Source: Azolla caroliniana (taxonomy: Eukaryota > Plantae > Polypodiophyta). Taken from it: 64,000 nt of DNA. Positions 13,197-29,147 of the stretch are shown here, one piece after another (the stretch's first letter is position 1; every line of letters starts with the position of its first letter). The notes under the pieces were generated by a model. It ran no database searches and was not told the DNA's origin. It was given only the letters and a program-made list of their open reading frames with translations. The translations under genes were made by a program, and so were the position numbers. Where the stretch lies: assembly GCA_043228905.1 (NCBI GenBank), contig JBHGNT010000011.1:2604001-2668000 (forward strand). Direction: 5' to 3'.

Positions 13197-13206
13197 TATA
13201 TATAAA
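13197..13206 (+). promoter_or_regulatory. Probable TATA box of the AKR gene
   Basis: TATATATAAA about 85 bp upstream of the ATG at 13284. Confidence 0.55.
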
Positions 13207-13283
13207 TTTGTGAGTTGGGATCGATTGCTCCATACAAATACGAGAGAGGATTGAAAGAGTGATCGTGGACTGTAGCAGCAGCT

Positions 13284-14899
<1,616 letters not shown>

Positions 14900-14996
14900 C
14901 CTGGGACAATGTTCCTTGCACATGGTTCATTTGTACATCTTCGCAAATCATCATTAGCCCATTGCATTAGAACCCAGCATATAGCTCAATAATGGT

Positions 14997-16460
14997 GAAA
15001 TTTTCCTTTTCCATTAGTTCATCACAATGTTAAACAGGGGACATAATAATACAACACCACTTTGTTGGCTACTTTGTAGAGGAACCATAAGTTTTTGAAT
15101 GTTTCTGTATTATAGAGGGATATTTCAGTATTGTCTTAAAAACTAGGAGCCGATTGGGATGAGAGTCGGCTGAGTGCCAAATAGGCTGAATCCGCTGACA
15201 GCCAATTAACGACCAAGAGTCGATCATTAATAATCGGCTCAGGACTAAAGAGTAATAAGTTATAATTATTTATAACTATATACCTATACATATGTATGAG
15301 GGGGGGTTTGTGGAAATTAAAGACAAACTCAAGGGTCTTTTTAGAGTTTTCCCAACTATAATTTATGCTTCTATTGTTAATTCTTACTTTTGGGTTTGAT
15401 ATATACTCGTAGGGTATAAAATATATCAAATACTACATCCATGGGATTGACCATTCTAATGGAAGATAATTTAGTGTTATATTTCAATCTCTTTCCATTG
15501 ATATATATATATTTTCTTAAATTTAACAAAGGATGTTTCTTTTGTGGAAACTATCAAACTCCACTAAACAATGTTGTAGCTCACTAGTGAAGTTGTTGAA
15601 ATGATTAAATATCATATTGATACAACTATCATGATAAAAGACTTGGATAAATTGAGTCAGGAAGGCCACAAATGTCACAAACATAAACATTTAATGGTGT
15701 GTGTGGCAAATTTGAAGGACTTGTCATGGGCTCTCAAATGATAAAAAGGTCAAATGTTCAAATTATTCTGTGTAATGATTTAGATGCATAAAAAGATATG
15801 AGGAATGAAAAGATATTACTTCATTTTGTAAGAATACATCGTTGTCCAAACAAAAGGTGGGGGTCCAAATCTTACTTTTACGACCAAAAATATCATATGG
15901 AGGCCATGCTGTTAAAACAAACTAGACACATCGAACTAAGTCCTCTGCATAGATATGAATGAACACACAAAGTTACGTAATGGACAAGAAAGCTCCAAAG
16001 TCTTATAAAAGGTCTAGGCTAGTGTTTTTAGATTCTTTTCTTTTCCATTAGTGGGTTGTTTGAGTTTTTCCTTTCTTGGGAATCTTGCAGCTCAAGGATG
16101 GAGGAAATTTAGAGTTGGAAAGTTTACTTTGGAATCGTGAGCTTTTAGAAATCATGAGGGTATGAGTGGTTAGAGGAAATTAATACAATGAGATGTGATC
16201 GAAGTATAAACCTGTGTCTCCTCCTAATCCCCCCCCAAACACCTTATTCGTAACTACGGGTCCCTACAACCACTCGTCATCTTACTTATGCAATCGGGAC
16301 AATTTTTCTTTTTACATTGTCAAAGTAGGAAACTTGATATTGCGTTCAAATTGGTATGCGAACTAAACAACTTGTAATTTACACTGAGTGGCATGAGCGC
16401 ATGACCAGAGTCACATTCACGATTTTTGAAATACAAGTTGTGACAAAAAATTTACAAGTT
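14997..16460 (+). repeat. Copy 2 of the duplicated segment (3' flank of the AKR gene)
   Basis: Colinear with 9082-10735 and starts about 100 bp after the AKR stop codon. Confidence 0.85.
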
Positions 16461-16921
16461 TCTAGTGGAGAGACTCCAATTGAATGCGATGGTGGTTGCT
16501 TGAGAGCACATAAATCGATCAAACAAAGTTGCTCACATGAAGCTCTAGGGTGCATAGGCTTAGATTGGACAAGAGGCAGGCCACTAGCAACCAACCCTCA
16601 ATTTGCGGTTAGTTAATTCTGGCGCATAGGCCTTGCTTGCTACATTTGGTTGAGGCCTCGCTTGCTTCGGAGGGCTAGGCCTCGGCTACCGAATGAGAGA
16701 AGCCTGATCTCAGAGGTTCTGCTATAAGCACCTACAGATCGCGATGAGTAGAAGGGAGGGTTGAACAAAGGCAATGGATGCGGGGGCATCAGACGTCTAT
16801 CTCGTCGACGTGCTTCGGATCCCCGAGCCTCGGTAAATGAAGCCAAACGTAGAAACCAAGCCTAAATTTAACACATATTTAACATTTCCCCACCTTTTTC
16901 TCCTACATACAACACTTAGAG

Positions 16922-19900
16922 TGTTGAGAGATCAAGCTCAACTTAGTTTAGTTAGTTAGTGAATAATGTAACTTCGTAGTTACCTTGATAGAATCTAGTT
17001 AGAAGTGTTGACTATAATGCCTTAAATAGGACCTTGTACTTAAGTGGGATATTCTAGATTCTCCACTCCTAAGTACATTTAATATAGGACTTACACATTA
17101 GTACGTATATTCTACTCACACATGTGCACCTTTGCACATGAGATGTATATATACCTCATTGTGGGTATTTTTGTATTTGATGATGATAATGCTAAGTTAA
17201 TATACTTACTCATCCCCCATCTTGTGTTATTCATAAGTGTATCTCTCTCTCTCTCTCTCTCTCTCTTCCTCTCACACACATACACACATATCACTTAATC
17301 TTCCGCGCTTAACTTCGTCACATAATTAGGTACTAATTAACCTTTAATTACCTACCTAATTCTTAACATGGTATCAGAGCGCGTGGTTTAGCATATCCAC
17401 TAAGCCCACCCGACAGTTCGTGATTGTGTGTTCAAAACGCCGACGACAAATTTCGGCCATCCGCTACCATAGTGCCGCTACGTAGCACAAGTACGTGATC
17501 GAAGAAAGAAGAGCCAACAAGGAAGACACAAAACAATATGAACACACAAATGGGTAGCTCGCTCCCTAGCGAAAAGCTAGACCGGAGCAATTATTCATCT
17601 TGGGAGTACAAGATGACCCAATACCTCGTCGGCCAAGGGTATTGGAGCTACATCAACGACGCACTCGAGAACAAGCCCGACAACACAAACGCCAACTACC
17701 CAACGTGGGAGCAAGGAGCGAGTCGGGTAATGTATTGCTTGGCAACATGTGTCCACGACCATATGCTTAGCCACATTCGAGACGCCAAGACGCCTAAAGA
17801 GGCGTGGGAGAACTTAAAGAAAATGTTCTCCACCAACACGACCGCCCGCAAACTTCAACTCTGACAAGAGTTGAATAACATTCGGCAAAAAGACATGTCC
17901 GTGTTGGACTACACTGCCAAAATCAAGAGTATTTGTAACTCGCTTGGCTCCATCAACATAAACATTGACAAAGACGAGATGGTTCAAATATGCTTGGGCG
18001 GCCTCGCACAACGATTTGATTCACTACGGATGACAATCTTGACGAGAGAAAACCCTCCTTCGTTCTTCGACCTCCAATCGACGTTATTAGTCGAAGAAAA
18101 CCACGTCTGAACCAAAAGCAAGGCACCAGAAGGACAAATGTTCTTCTTGAATTCGGACGGTGGTCGTGGAAGAGGTCGTGGCGGTAGAAGAGGAAGCCAT
18201 CAAGGAACCTTCGAAAGAAGGGGGAGCTTCCAAGCCGAACAAGGTCGGCAAACGAGGCCCGCAACTTGCAATTATTGCGGCAAAATCGGCCACTATGAGG
18301 CGGAGTGTCGGAAGAAAAGAAGCGAGTTGGTGTCAACAAGCCGACAACTCACAAACTACGCCAACAACTCCGAATACGAGGATTCTGGTGGACTATTCGT
18401 AATGCGGCATAGAGCGAACTCTATGACGGCCTCTGATTCCGCAAGCATCTCCAATCCGGAAGACGTGTGGTTTGTAGATTCCGGCGCCTCACATCACATG
18501 ATATTTCACGAAGAGTGGTTTTGTGATTTACGAACACCGGATCGACCCGGCTTCATAGAGACGGGAGATGACACCACGCACCCCATTCGGCACATCGACA
18601 ATGTCCCATTCGGGAAAGAAGGCGAGCAAACTTGCATCAAGAATGTCTTGCACGTGCCCACAATAACAAAGAATTTGGTCTCGGTCAGCCAAATCGTGGA
18701 GCAGGGCATGCAAGTCCGCTTCACCAAAGAAAGATGCTTCATCGAGAAAGGTGGTTGAGTCATAGCTAGGGGGCGGAGAGAAGGACGAATGTTCATCCTC
18801 GATTCGAACAAGGTGAAGTCGGCAATGTACGCTAAAGGTCTAAAAAACGAGACGAACATCGAGTTGTGGCACAAAAGAATCGGCCACATCAACCTCCAAC
18901 GACTCCAAGCTATGCAATCAAAGGGAGTCGTCATCGGACTTCCGACATTTGAGTTGAAACGAGTCGACCGAGTATGTGAAGCGTGTCAAATCGGCAAACA
19001 ACATCTACTCCCATTCCCGAAGGAGAGCCACACGAGCAAAGGCCTCCTCGACATCATACACTCGGATGTATGGGGACCGGCTCAAATGCCGACCATCAGT
19101 GGATGCCAATTCTACGTCACCTTCATCAATGACTACTCGCGCTACGCGTGGATCTTCCCAATGAAGAAGAAGAGCGAAGTGTTCTCCCACTTCCAAAAGC
19201 TCAAGGGCCAAGTCGAAAAAGAAATCGGTTAGCACATTCGATGCCTATGATCGAATGGAGGCAAGGAGTACTTCTCCGATGAATTCACCTCCTACCTCCA
19301 AAATGAAGGCATTCGGAGAGAATTCTCATGCCGACACACACCCCAACAAAATGGAGTTGCCGAAAGGAAGAATCTGGAAATACTCGAGGTAGCACGCGCC
19401 ATGATGCATGAGAAGCACATGTTGAACTTCTATTGGGCCGAACTGGCATCCACGACCATCCATGTCATGAATCGATGCACCACTAATGGAGTGCATGAGC
19501 TAACTCCCTACGAGCTCCTTGTTGGAAGGAAGCCGATCCTGTCGCACCTCAAGGTGTTCGGAAGCATTGCGAATGTACGCATCCCGAACGAACAACGACA
19601 GAAGCCTGACACGAAGTCGGAGGAATGTATCCTCATAGGATACTCGTCCGAGAAGAAGGCATACAAGTGCTACAACCTGTCGATGCGAGAAATTCGCGTA
19701 AGTCGAGATGTAGACATCGACGAGTACACATCATGGTACGCACCAGAGACCTCTTTGACTCCGACTACGCTCGATGTGGATTATGCTGAACAAGAGGTAG
19801 AAGCCGAGGATCAACTCGCGCATATGAACGAAGAAAGTCCGATTACGACCGAGCTTAGTGGCCCACAAGAATCTCCACGCGACCCAAGCACGTCGCGGCC

Positions 19901-20715
19901 AAGTACAAACTTGGACAAAGGCAAAGGTAAGATGCCCGAATACGAAGTCGATCACCCCGACGACAATGATTCGGATGGATTGGCTCCCTCACTAGACAGT
20001 GAGTTCGGTGTACCCATCATGCGTACACCCGGAGTAAAGAAGGCGCTCACATCAACGAGCGAAAAACTTCGACGCTCATCTAGAGCAAAGAACCCCGTCA
20101 CTCGGCATGGCTACAACGAGTACATGGCCCATCATTACACCTTCACGATGAAGGTAGCAGCCGAACAAGAGCCCAAGAGCTCCACCAAAGCGGCTCGTAA
20201 CCCACGATGGGTGGAAGTAGCCGACCTTCGCCCACACACTACAAGCCTTTGTCATCGGCTTGAGGGGGAGGACCTGAGATTGCCACAACGAAGAAAGACA
20301 AAGGTCGGACAGAAGCCACACAGAAGCCGACGTCGAAAGCCGGACAACGCCGAAAACAACGCCGGATGTCGGACGCCTCACACTTGAGCTTGAGGGGGCG
20401 TGTTGAGAGATCAAGCTCAACTTAGTTTAGTTAGTTAGTCAATAATGTAACTTCGTAGTTACCTTGATAGAATCTAGTTAGAAGTGTTGACTATAATGCC
20501 TTAAATAGGACCTTGTACTTAAGTGGGATATTCTAGATTCTCCACTCCTAAGTACATTTAATATAGGACTTACACATTAGTACGTATATTCTACTCACAC
20601 ATGTGCACCTTTGCACATGAGATGTATATATACCTCATTGTGGGTATTTTTGTATTTGATGATGATAATGCTAAGTTAATATACTTACTCATCCCCCATC
20701 TTGTGTTATTCATAA

Positions 20716-20756
<41 letters not shown>

Positions 20757-20855
20757 TCTCACACACATACACACATATCACTTAATCTTCCGCGCTTAAC
20801 TTCGTCACATAATTAGGTACTAATTAACCTTTAATTACCTACCTAATTCTTAACA
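16922..20855 (+). mobile_element. Copia E: internally deleted element (gag-PR-IN, no RT or RNase H)
   Basis: LTRs 16922-17368 and 20401-20855, PBS TGGTATCAGAGC at 17369, PPT GAGGGGGCG, TSD TAGAG/CAGAG. Coding stops just before RT (RNPRWVE) and jumps to the 3' end. Confidence 0.93.
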
Positions 20856-21227
20856 CAGAGAAACTCCTAAAATATCACATATTAGGAGTCCATAACAGAA
20901 CCTTGACTAGTACAGATCGCCAAAGAAATGGAGCCAAAAACTAGGACGACAATTTACTTGTTAAAAGAATATAAAGATGTAATCGCATAGTCTTACAAAG
21001 ATATGAAGGGGTTGGATCCACACTTTTGTTAGCACCAAATTTAGTTGCGTAAAGATGCCAAGCATGTGCAACAATGGTGTTACTAGATGAACCCAAACTA
21101 CGTGGCAAAAGTAAAAGAAGAAATCTAGGATTCATTTGGTCAGTAAAACGGGCCAACTAACTCAATGTTATCGTAGTCATACCGAAAAAGGACGAAAAAA
21201 TTAAGGTATGCATGGGTTAGAGGAAAC
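20856..21227 (+). pseudogene. Decayed Gypsy RT N-terminal fragment serving as host of the nested Copias
   Basis: Translates to SYKDMKGLDPHFC*HQI..MNPNYVAKVKEEI..IVVIPKKDEKIKVC, typical of non-chromovirus Gypsy RT. Confidence 0.65.
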
Positions 21228-24200
21228 TGTTGAGAATCAAGCTCAACCTAGTTTTGTGTGTGAACACACCCTTGAGAGTGTGCACTCAAAGGTCAAAAGT
21301 CACCACTCTTATCTACACATTAACTATGTGTCATAGAATCATATTCTATGACACATAACTAATGAGTTTTCACATTCCCCATGACCCATGAGCTTCGGTA
21401 GTTAATGAAGAGAGAGAGTGACTATATAAAGCACTCTCCTCCTACTTTGTAATTAGATTGGTTAATCTCCTTTGTAATATACATCGTCTTGAGTATTCTA
21501 TTGTTGTTCAAATCTATCTATCCTGTGTTTCTCTCTTGCTCTTTCTCTCTCTCTCTCTCTCTCATACACACACACTCACAGCACATATCTTTAGTCTATT
21601 CCGCTGCACTAGAATCACCATCGATTCTTTACATGGTATCAGAGTGGTTTGGTAGCTTGATCTCGCCCATCCGCGTGTGACTACATAGCTCGTATTCAAG
21701 AGAGAAGAAGAAGGAAGAAATCTACATTGAACACCATGAATACTCAAATGGGGAGCGCTCTCCCTAGCGAGAAGTTGGACCGAAACAACGTCGCATCTTG
21801 GGAGTACAAGATGCATTAATACCTTGTCGGTCAAGGCTATTGGAGCTACGTCAAAGGAGAACAAGAAAATCGACCCAATCCGAAAGACGCCGACTATGCA
21901 ACATGGGAGCCAACGGCGAGTCGAGTAATGTATTTCTTGTCGACATGTGTTCACGACCACATTCTCGGTTACATTCGAGAAGCCGAGACGCCAAAGGAAG
22001 CGTGGGAAAATCTACAAAAGATTTTCGCCGCCAACACGACCGCGAGGAAGCTTCAACTCCGCCAAGAGTTAAACAACATCCAACAAAGGGATATGTCCAT
22101 CACAAGATACACCTTGAAGATCAAGGAGCTTTGTGATGCAATCGGCTCAATAAGCGTCAATGTGGAGGATGATGAAATGGTGCAAATATGCCTCGGTGGC
22201 CTTGCACCACGATTCGGCGCGATGCAGACCGCCGTACTAGCACGGGAAAATCCACCCTCCTTCGATATTCAATCTATGTGTTGAGAGACAAGCTCAACAT
22301 CGGCCGGATCGGCTGAAGAAGCCGAGGACCGGATCGGTTGGGACCGATTGGTTAGGCCGAATGTGTAAACCGGTACGCAGACCGGTGCGTAGGTAGGGCC
22401 GGATCGGTGCGTAAACCGGGAGGCCATTAGGAAAGATATTCCGTGAGGAATATATTTGGGAGTTAGTGTAGGAGCTCTTAATGAGCATTGAAGTACTGTC
22501 AGTACTTCAGTCAGTCCTTCTAGGACTTGTATAAAAGCGTTCATTGAACACATATATGTACAGTGTGGTGAATAGAGATTGATGGTTTTTTGAATATAGT
22601 TCTTGTGTTTTCTCTCTCTCACTCTCTTTGTCTCTCCCACGTATATTGCGTAAGCTCAAGCTCTCCATTAAACCTGAGTTTTCTTCCTTCTGTTCGGTCT
22701 TTATACTTGCTTCCGTACGTTACTTTTACATGGTATCAGAGCGCGAGGGTTGAGAACCTCTCTGCAGCCGACACAGCTTGACGAAGAAGAACAAGAAGAA
22801 CAATGGATAGAGGCATGGCGAGCTCGCTTCCAACAGAGAAGCTCGACAGAACCAACTACGCGTCTTGGTCCTACAAGATGCACCAGTACCTGCTCGGGCA
22901 CGGCTACTGGAGTTATGTCAAAGGAGCTAATGACGCGGCACCCGAATCGACACACAGAGACTTCCCGTCGTGGGAGCAATCGGCGAGCAGGGTATTATAC
23001 TTCTTCGCGTCGTGTGTGGGCGAACAACTATTGAGCTATGTTCGGGATGCAAAGACGCCGAAGGGTGCGTGGGAAAATCTGAAGAAGATTTTCGCCGCGA
23101 GCACCATAGCCAGGAAGCTTCAGCTCCGACAGGAGTTGAGCAACCTGCGACAACACGACTTGTCGGTGGCGGACTATACCTTGAAGATCAAGGATATCTG
23201 CGACTCCCTCGCCTCCATAGGGGTGAACATCGAGGAGAGCGAGATGGTCCACATCTGTCTCGGAGGTTTGGTGTCGAAGTTCGGAGCGTTCTGAACGGGT
23301 GTGTGTACCCGGGAGAATACGCCGTCCTTTTTCGACTTACAGTCAATGCTCCTGGTAGAGGAGAACCAGGCGGGTGTGTCTACAAGCACGCACACCGAAA
23401 GCAGAATGATGTACACGGAGGGAGATAGGCCCCGTGGACGTGGAGGACGAGGCAAGTCGGCGCGCAATGGAGGCGGCCGACGAGATCAGGGAAGAAGGCA
23501 CCGAAGTGATGCCGACAGCAACTCCGGACCCTTTGGAAACAGGGGGAGTCGAAGCGATGAGAACTGGCAAGGGAAGGCCATCGCGGAGTGCTGGTACTAT
23601 GGCAAGAAAGGCCACAAGAAAAGTGAGTGCTGGAAGAAGCGCGCCGATTCGGAGAGAACCGGTTCCGTAAACGGCTCCGGACATACCGGCAAGGGAAATC
23701 GGCAGCGATCGCACTACGCCGAAGACTCCGGGAGAGCCGGAGAAGGGTCTGCCTTCGTGATGAGACACGAAGCAAACTCAATGAAATGGACCACCCCGAG
23801 GTCGGACGAGGTGTGGTACGTAGACTCCGGCGCGTCAAACCACATGACGAGCCATAAGGAGTGGTTCTCGTACCTTGAAAAACCGATACAACTTGGAGTA
23901 GTCGCAACTAGAGACGACACTCCGCATCCGATCGCGAATGTCGGAGAAGTTCCTCTTAGCCATGTCGGGCAGAAAGGGAAACTCATGAACGTGCTGCACG
24001 CTCCGACAATCACGAAGAACTTGGTCTCGGTCGGACAGATCGTCGACCAAGAGACGGGAGGATGTTCATCCTCGATTCCACTAACGGCGGCACCGCAATG
24101 TTCGCGAAGGGACAAAAATCCGAGTCGGACATCGACTTGTGGCACAAGCGGATAGGCCACGTCAACTACCAGCGGCTTCAAGATTTGCAATCGAAACAGG

Positions 24201-27200
24201 TAGTGTTCGGATTGCCCAAATTTAGTGGCCGAAAGGCACAAATTTGTGAAGCCTGCCAGCGCGGGAAGCAACACCGACTTCCTTTCCCCAACGAGCGAAA
24301 CCGGAGTCGGAACAAGCTCGACCTTATACACTCTGATGTATGGGGGCCGACACAAAACGTTAGTCTTGGCGGGAGCCGATATTTCGTCTCCTTCATCGAC
24401 GACCACACGCGGCACACGTGGATCTACCTCATTGAGAGGAAGAGCGAAGTCTTCGACAGTTTCTGGGACCTCAAAGGGTTCGTGGAAACAGAAACAGGAC
24501 GAAAGATCAAGTGCTTGCGGTTGGATGGCGGGAAAGAGTACTTTTCTGGTCAATTCAACGGTTATCTACAACAAATGGGAATTCAACGCGAATTCAATTG
24601 TAGATACACGCCGGAGCAGAACGGCGTGGCCGAGAGGAAGAATCGGTCAGTTGTGGAAGCGGCACGGGCAATGCTGGAGGAGAAGAGCTTGCCCAAGTTC
24701 TTCTGGGCCGAGGCGGTAAGGACTGCGGTATACATCCAAAACCGGATCGGAGACAAAGTGTCGACGCACGAGCTATATTTCGGAACCAAGCTGAACTTGC
24801 GACACTTGAGGGTGTTCGGTAGCATTGCGTATGTGCATGTACCGAAGGAGAAAAGGAGGAAGCTGGACGCAAAGGCCGAGAAATGCATCTTGGTCGGTTA
24901 CTCGGACGAGCAGAAGGGTTATAAGTGCTATAACCCTCGCACCAAACAAGCGCGTGTTAGCCGCGACATTGTGTTTGACGAGTCCGCGTCCTGGTACCAG
25001 CCCCCGACTCTGAACCCCGACTCCAATCCGAGTTCTGATGATGAGGTCAGCGAGGCCGAGATGCCTCCGGATGAGCCCGAAATCGAGACCCGCCAAGAGA
25101 GTCCGATTTCACTCCGTTTAAGTGGACCAATTGGATGACTGAGTCGGTACGATCAGTTCGATGAAAAGCCGGCGAGTAGTGGAGACTCGGCCGTGCATTC
25201 CCCGCGCAGGAAGCCGAGGAGACGGCTTAAGCGCAAAGAGAAAGGGAAGAAGAAGGTGTCGGATTCCGGCACGGATAAGAACGAGTTAGACCGACGTGAG
25301 TCTGACTCCGAGGGACCCGGTGACGGGTCTTTAAAGGTGAAGTCTGCGTCGACCGAGAAGGCCTCGACATCGGCTAATGTGAGATTACGCCGATCTACCC
25401 GCCAGAAGAACCTTGTTTTGCGGTTCGGATACAACGAGTACATGGCGCATCATTATGCGTACATGACCCGTATAGCGGAAGTGCGTGAGCCAGAGAGCTA
25501 CGCAGAAGTGGTGAAGGACGCGAATTGGCGCGCCGCGATGGAGGAAGAGATGCACGCATTGGCGGAGAACGAGACCTAGGACCTGGTTGACGCACCGAAG
25601 GGTGTGAAGCCGATCGGGTGTAGGTGGGTGTACAAGGTCAAGTACAACACCGATAGCTCGGTCAACCGGTACAAGGCTCGACTAGTGGCAAAGGGCTACA
25701 CACAGAAACACGACATCGACTACGATGAGACATTTGCGCCGGTCGCGAAAATGACGACCGTCCGTATTTTGCTCACAGTAGCTGCGGTGAAGGGGTGGCA
25801 CTTACATCCGATGGATGTAAAGAATGTGTTCCTGCAAGGTGACCTTGAGGAACAGGTGTACATGGTACAACCCCCCGGATTTCACTCTGGAACGAACTCC
25901 TCGGCAGTATGCCGACTGAAGAAGTCCCTTTACGGACTGAAGCAAACCTCACGTGCCTGGAACGCGAATATCATGCAACAACTATGTCGGATGGGCTTCG
26001 TCACGTCAAAATCAGACTCTTCCCTGTTCATCCGGAAAGGTCGACTTGGACCGGTTAGTATTGTACTATATGTTGATGACTTGGTCATCACCGGTGCCAA
26101 CCTAGGTGAAATCGACCGCGTGAAGCTCCAACTTGCGGCATCATTCGACATGAAGGATCTAGGGGACCTTCATTACTTCCTCGGGATCGAATTGATCCGT
26201 ACCCTCGAAGGCATATTGATTAGCCAACGTCATTACGTGCTAAGTATGCTCTTCAAATTTGGGATGGCCGACTGTAAGTCCGTCTCGACTCCTCTAGACA
26301 GAACCGTCAAGCTTCGTCCCGATAAGGGAAAGGTATGCGACCCAACGAGGTTCCGACAAATTGTCGGAAGCCTCATATACTTGACCATCACCCGACCCGA
26401 CCTCAGCTATCCGGTCGGAGTGATCAGTCAGTTCATGGCGCGACCTACCGAGGAGCACCTTCAGTGTGCGCAACGCATACTTCGGTATGTCAATGGCACT
26501 AAGGACCGGGGACTACTATATCGAACCGGTGCCGCCGCGCAGTTAGTCGGCTACACCAATGCTGATTGGGCTGGCAACGCCGCTGATCACCGATCCATGT
26601 CCGGATACGTGTTCTCCCTCGAGAGTGCCGCGATCGCGTGGAGCAGTAAGAAGTAGCCGACAGTTGCACTGTCGAGCACCGAAGCTGAGTACCGAGGAGC
26701 GGCCGTCGCAACATGCGAAGCCATATGGTTGAAGCGGCTACTTAGGGACCTGCAACAGGAGGTGTCAGATCCGATGACGATCTACTGTGACAACCTCAGC
26801 AGCATCCAGCTCGCGAAAAACCCTGTTTTCCACGCGCGGACCAAGCACATTGAGGTGCACTACCATTTCGTCCGTGAGCGTGTCCTTTCCAGTGAAGTCG
26901 AACTTCAGTACGTTCCAACGGATCGGCAGACTGCCGACATCTTCACCAAGCCTCTTGGTCTGGAAAAGTTGCGGCAATTCTCAAGTGCGCTCGGATTGCG
27001 TCACCTCGACGTGCCAAACTTGAGGGGGAGAACAGTCCCGAACGACCAAGACTGCGACACCGAGTCGGTTGACTCGGATGTCGAGTTCGACTTCCGATCG
27101 GCTGAAGAAGCCGAGGGTGGACCCACGGAAAAGTCCGGAAGCGGACAGAAGGGGAGCAACCGAAGGAGAGAGCCTAAGCCAACCACGCATGGGGAAGATG

Positions 27201-29147
27201 ACGCCATCGAGGGCAAGAAGAACGAAAACAAGTTGGAGACAGCCAACTCGGACGAGAGCGAAAACCGATCGGAGGTAGCCGAGTCGGTTCAGATGTTTGA
27301 TTCAGATACGCTGAATCAACCGAGGCCCAAGCGTAAGAAAAGGCAGCAGGAGAAGCGTCAACACCGCAACAACAGAAGAGCTGATAAGGGCCACATGAGC
27401 AGACAAGCCGACCGGAAGGGTCGAAGTGCGCGGAGTCGAACAGGTCGTGGAGCGCGAACGAGACGTGAAGCCAGGAGGAACCGGAGCTGTGAGCCCGAAG
27501 ATCCCGAAGAGCCTCAAGTTGAGCTTGAGGGGGAGTGTTGAGAGACAAGCTCAACATCGGCCAGATTGGCTGAAGAAGCCGAGGACCGGATCGGTTGGGA
27601 CCGATCGGTTAGGCCAAATGCGTAAACCGGTACGCAGACCGGTGCGTAGGTAGGGCCGTATCGGTGCGTAAACCGGGAGGCCGTTAGGAAAGATATTCCG
27701 TGAGGAATATATTTGGGAGTTAGTGTAGGAGCTCTTAATGAGCATTGAAGTACTGTCAGTACTCCACTCAGTCCTTCTAGGACTTGTATAAAAGCGTTCA
27801 TTGAACACATATATGTACAGTGTGGCGAATAGAGATTGATGGTTTTTTGAATATAGTTCTTGTGTTTTCTCTCTCTCACTCTCTCTATCTCTCCCGCGTA
27901 TATTGCGTAAGCTCAAGCTCTCCATTAAACCTGAGTTTTCTTCCTTCTGTTCGGTCTTTATACTTGCTTCCGCACGTTACTTTTACACTATGTTAATGGT
28001 CGAAGAGAATCATGTTCAAAAAAGGAGCAATGCCTTGGAAGGCCACATGCTGTACACGCATTCGAATGGAGGAAGAGGACGCAACCGAGCAAGAGGCCGA
28101 TTCGGCCAAGGATGAGGCGGCGGACGAGGTTCGACTTACGACGACAACTCCCAATTTCGGCAACAAGACGGAAGCCATCAAGTAACCTTCGGAAGAAGGG
28201 GGAGCTTCCATTCCGGTTTGAGTCAACAAAACTCGATCAAATGCAGATATTGTAGAAAAATCGGCCATCATGAAGAAGAGTGCCGAAAGAAGAAGCGTGA
28301 GTCGGCTTCCACAAGCCGACAACTCACAAATTATGCCACTAACTCCGATTGTGAAGACCTTGGCGGAATTTTCATGATGAGACATTGAGCAAATTCTATG
28401 TCGGCCTCTACTTCGACTAATGCCTCCAATCCGGAAGATGTATGGTTCGTCGACTCCGGTGCTTCAAACCATATGATGTCCCGTCAAGAATGGTTCTGAG
28501 ACTTACAAGAGCCGGATCGACCTGGTTATGTCAAGACCGGAGATGACACCACTCATCCTATTTGACATATTGGCAATGTCCCATTCGGGGGAAACGGCGA
28601 ACAAACTTGCATCAAAAATGTATTACATGTACCCACCATAATGAAGAATTTGGTCTCGGTCGGCCAAATAGTGGAGCAAGGGATGCAAGTTCGATTCAAC
28701 CAAGGTGGTTGCTTCATTGAGAAGGAAGGCCGACTCATCGCTCGGGGTGGAAGGGAAGGTAGAATGTTTATCCTCGAGTCAAACGAGGTAAAATGGATAT
28801 AGTCCACTCGGATGTGTGGGGACTGGCACAGACGGCTATGTTTGGAGGATGTCGGTACTATGTTACCTTCATCGACGACTTCTCTAGATACACATGGATC
28901 TTTCCCATGAGGATGAAGAGCGAAGTGTTTACGCACTTCCAAAAATTCGAAAGTGAAGTTGAAAGACAACTAGGCGTCATGTACGATGTCTTCGGTTAGA
29001 TGGAGGAAAGGAATACTTCTCCGATGCGTTCACAACATATCTTCGAAAAGAAGGAATTCGACGAGAATTCACTTGTCAACACACACCGCAACAAAAGGGA
29101 GTGGCCGAACGAAAGAATCGGCACATCCTTGAAGTAGCACGGGCCAT
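21228..29147 (+). mobile_element. Copia F (5' LTR 21228-21633, PBS, gag; interrupted by Copia G; continues 27993-29147 to IN, then truncated)
   Basis: TGTTGAGAATC..TTTACA followed by TGGTATCAGAG. Gag ..PSFDIQSM resumes as LMVEENHV after Copia G. WFVDSG protease and VHSDVWG integrase motifs are present. Confidence 0.88.
22279..27987 (+). mobile_element. Copia G: full-length, mildly degenerate Ty1/Copia
   Basis: 452-bp LTRs 22279-22730 and 27536-27987, perfect TSD CTATG, PBS at 22731, PPT TTGAGGGGGAG. Gag, PR (WYVDSG), IN, RT (YVDD) and RNase H are in Copia order with a few stops and frameshifts. Confidence 0.96.

Noticed and set aside
16460-16921. GC-richer segment between the AKR flank and Copia E
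   Set aside because: It is probably a transposon remnant, but no termini, TSD or protein motif could be established.
23343-24553. Long antisense ORFs over Copia and Gypsy coding regions (also 3115-3699, 29884-30651, 56313-56972)
   Set aside because: These are shadow ORFs of GC-rich retroelement coding sequence with no independent motifs.
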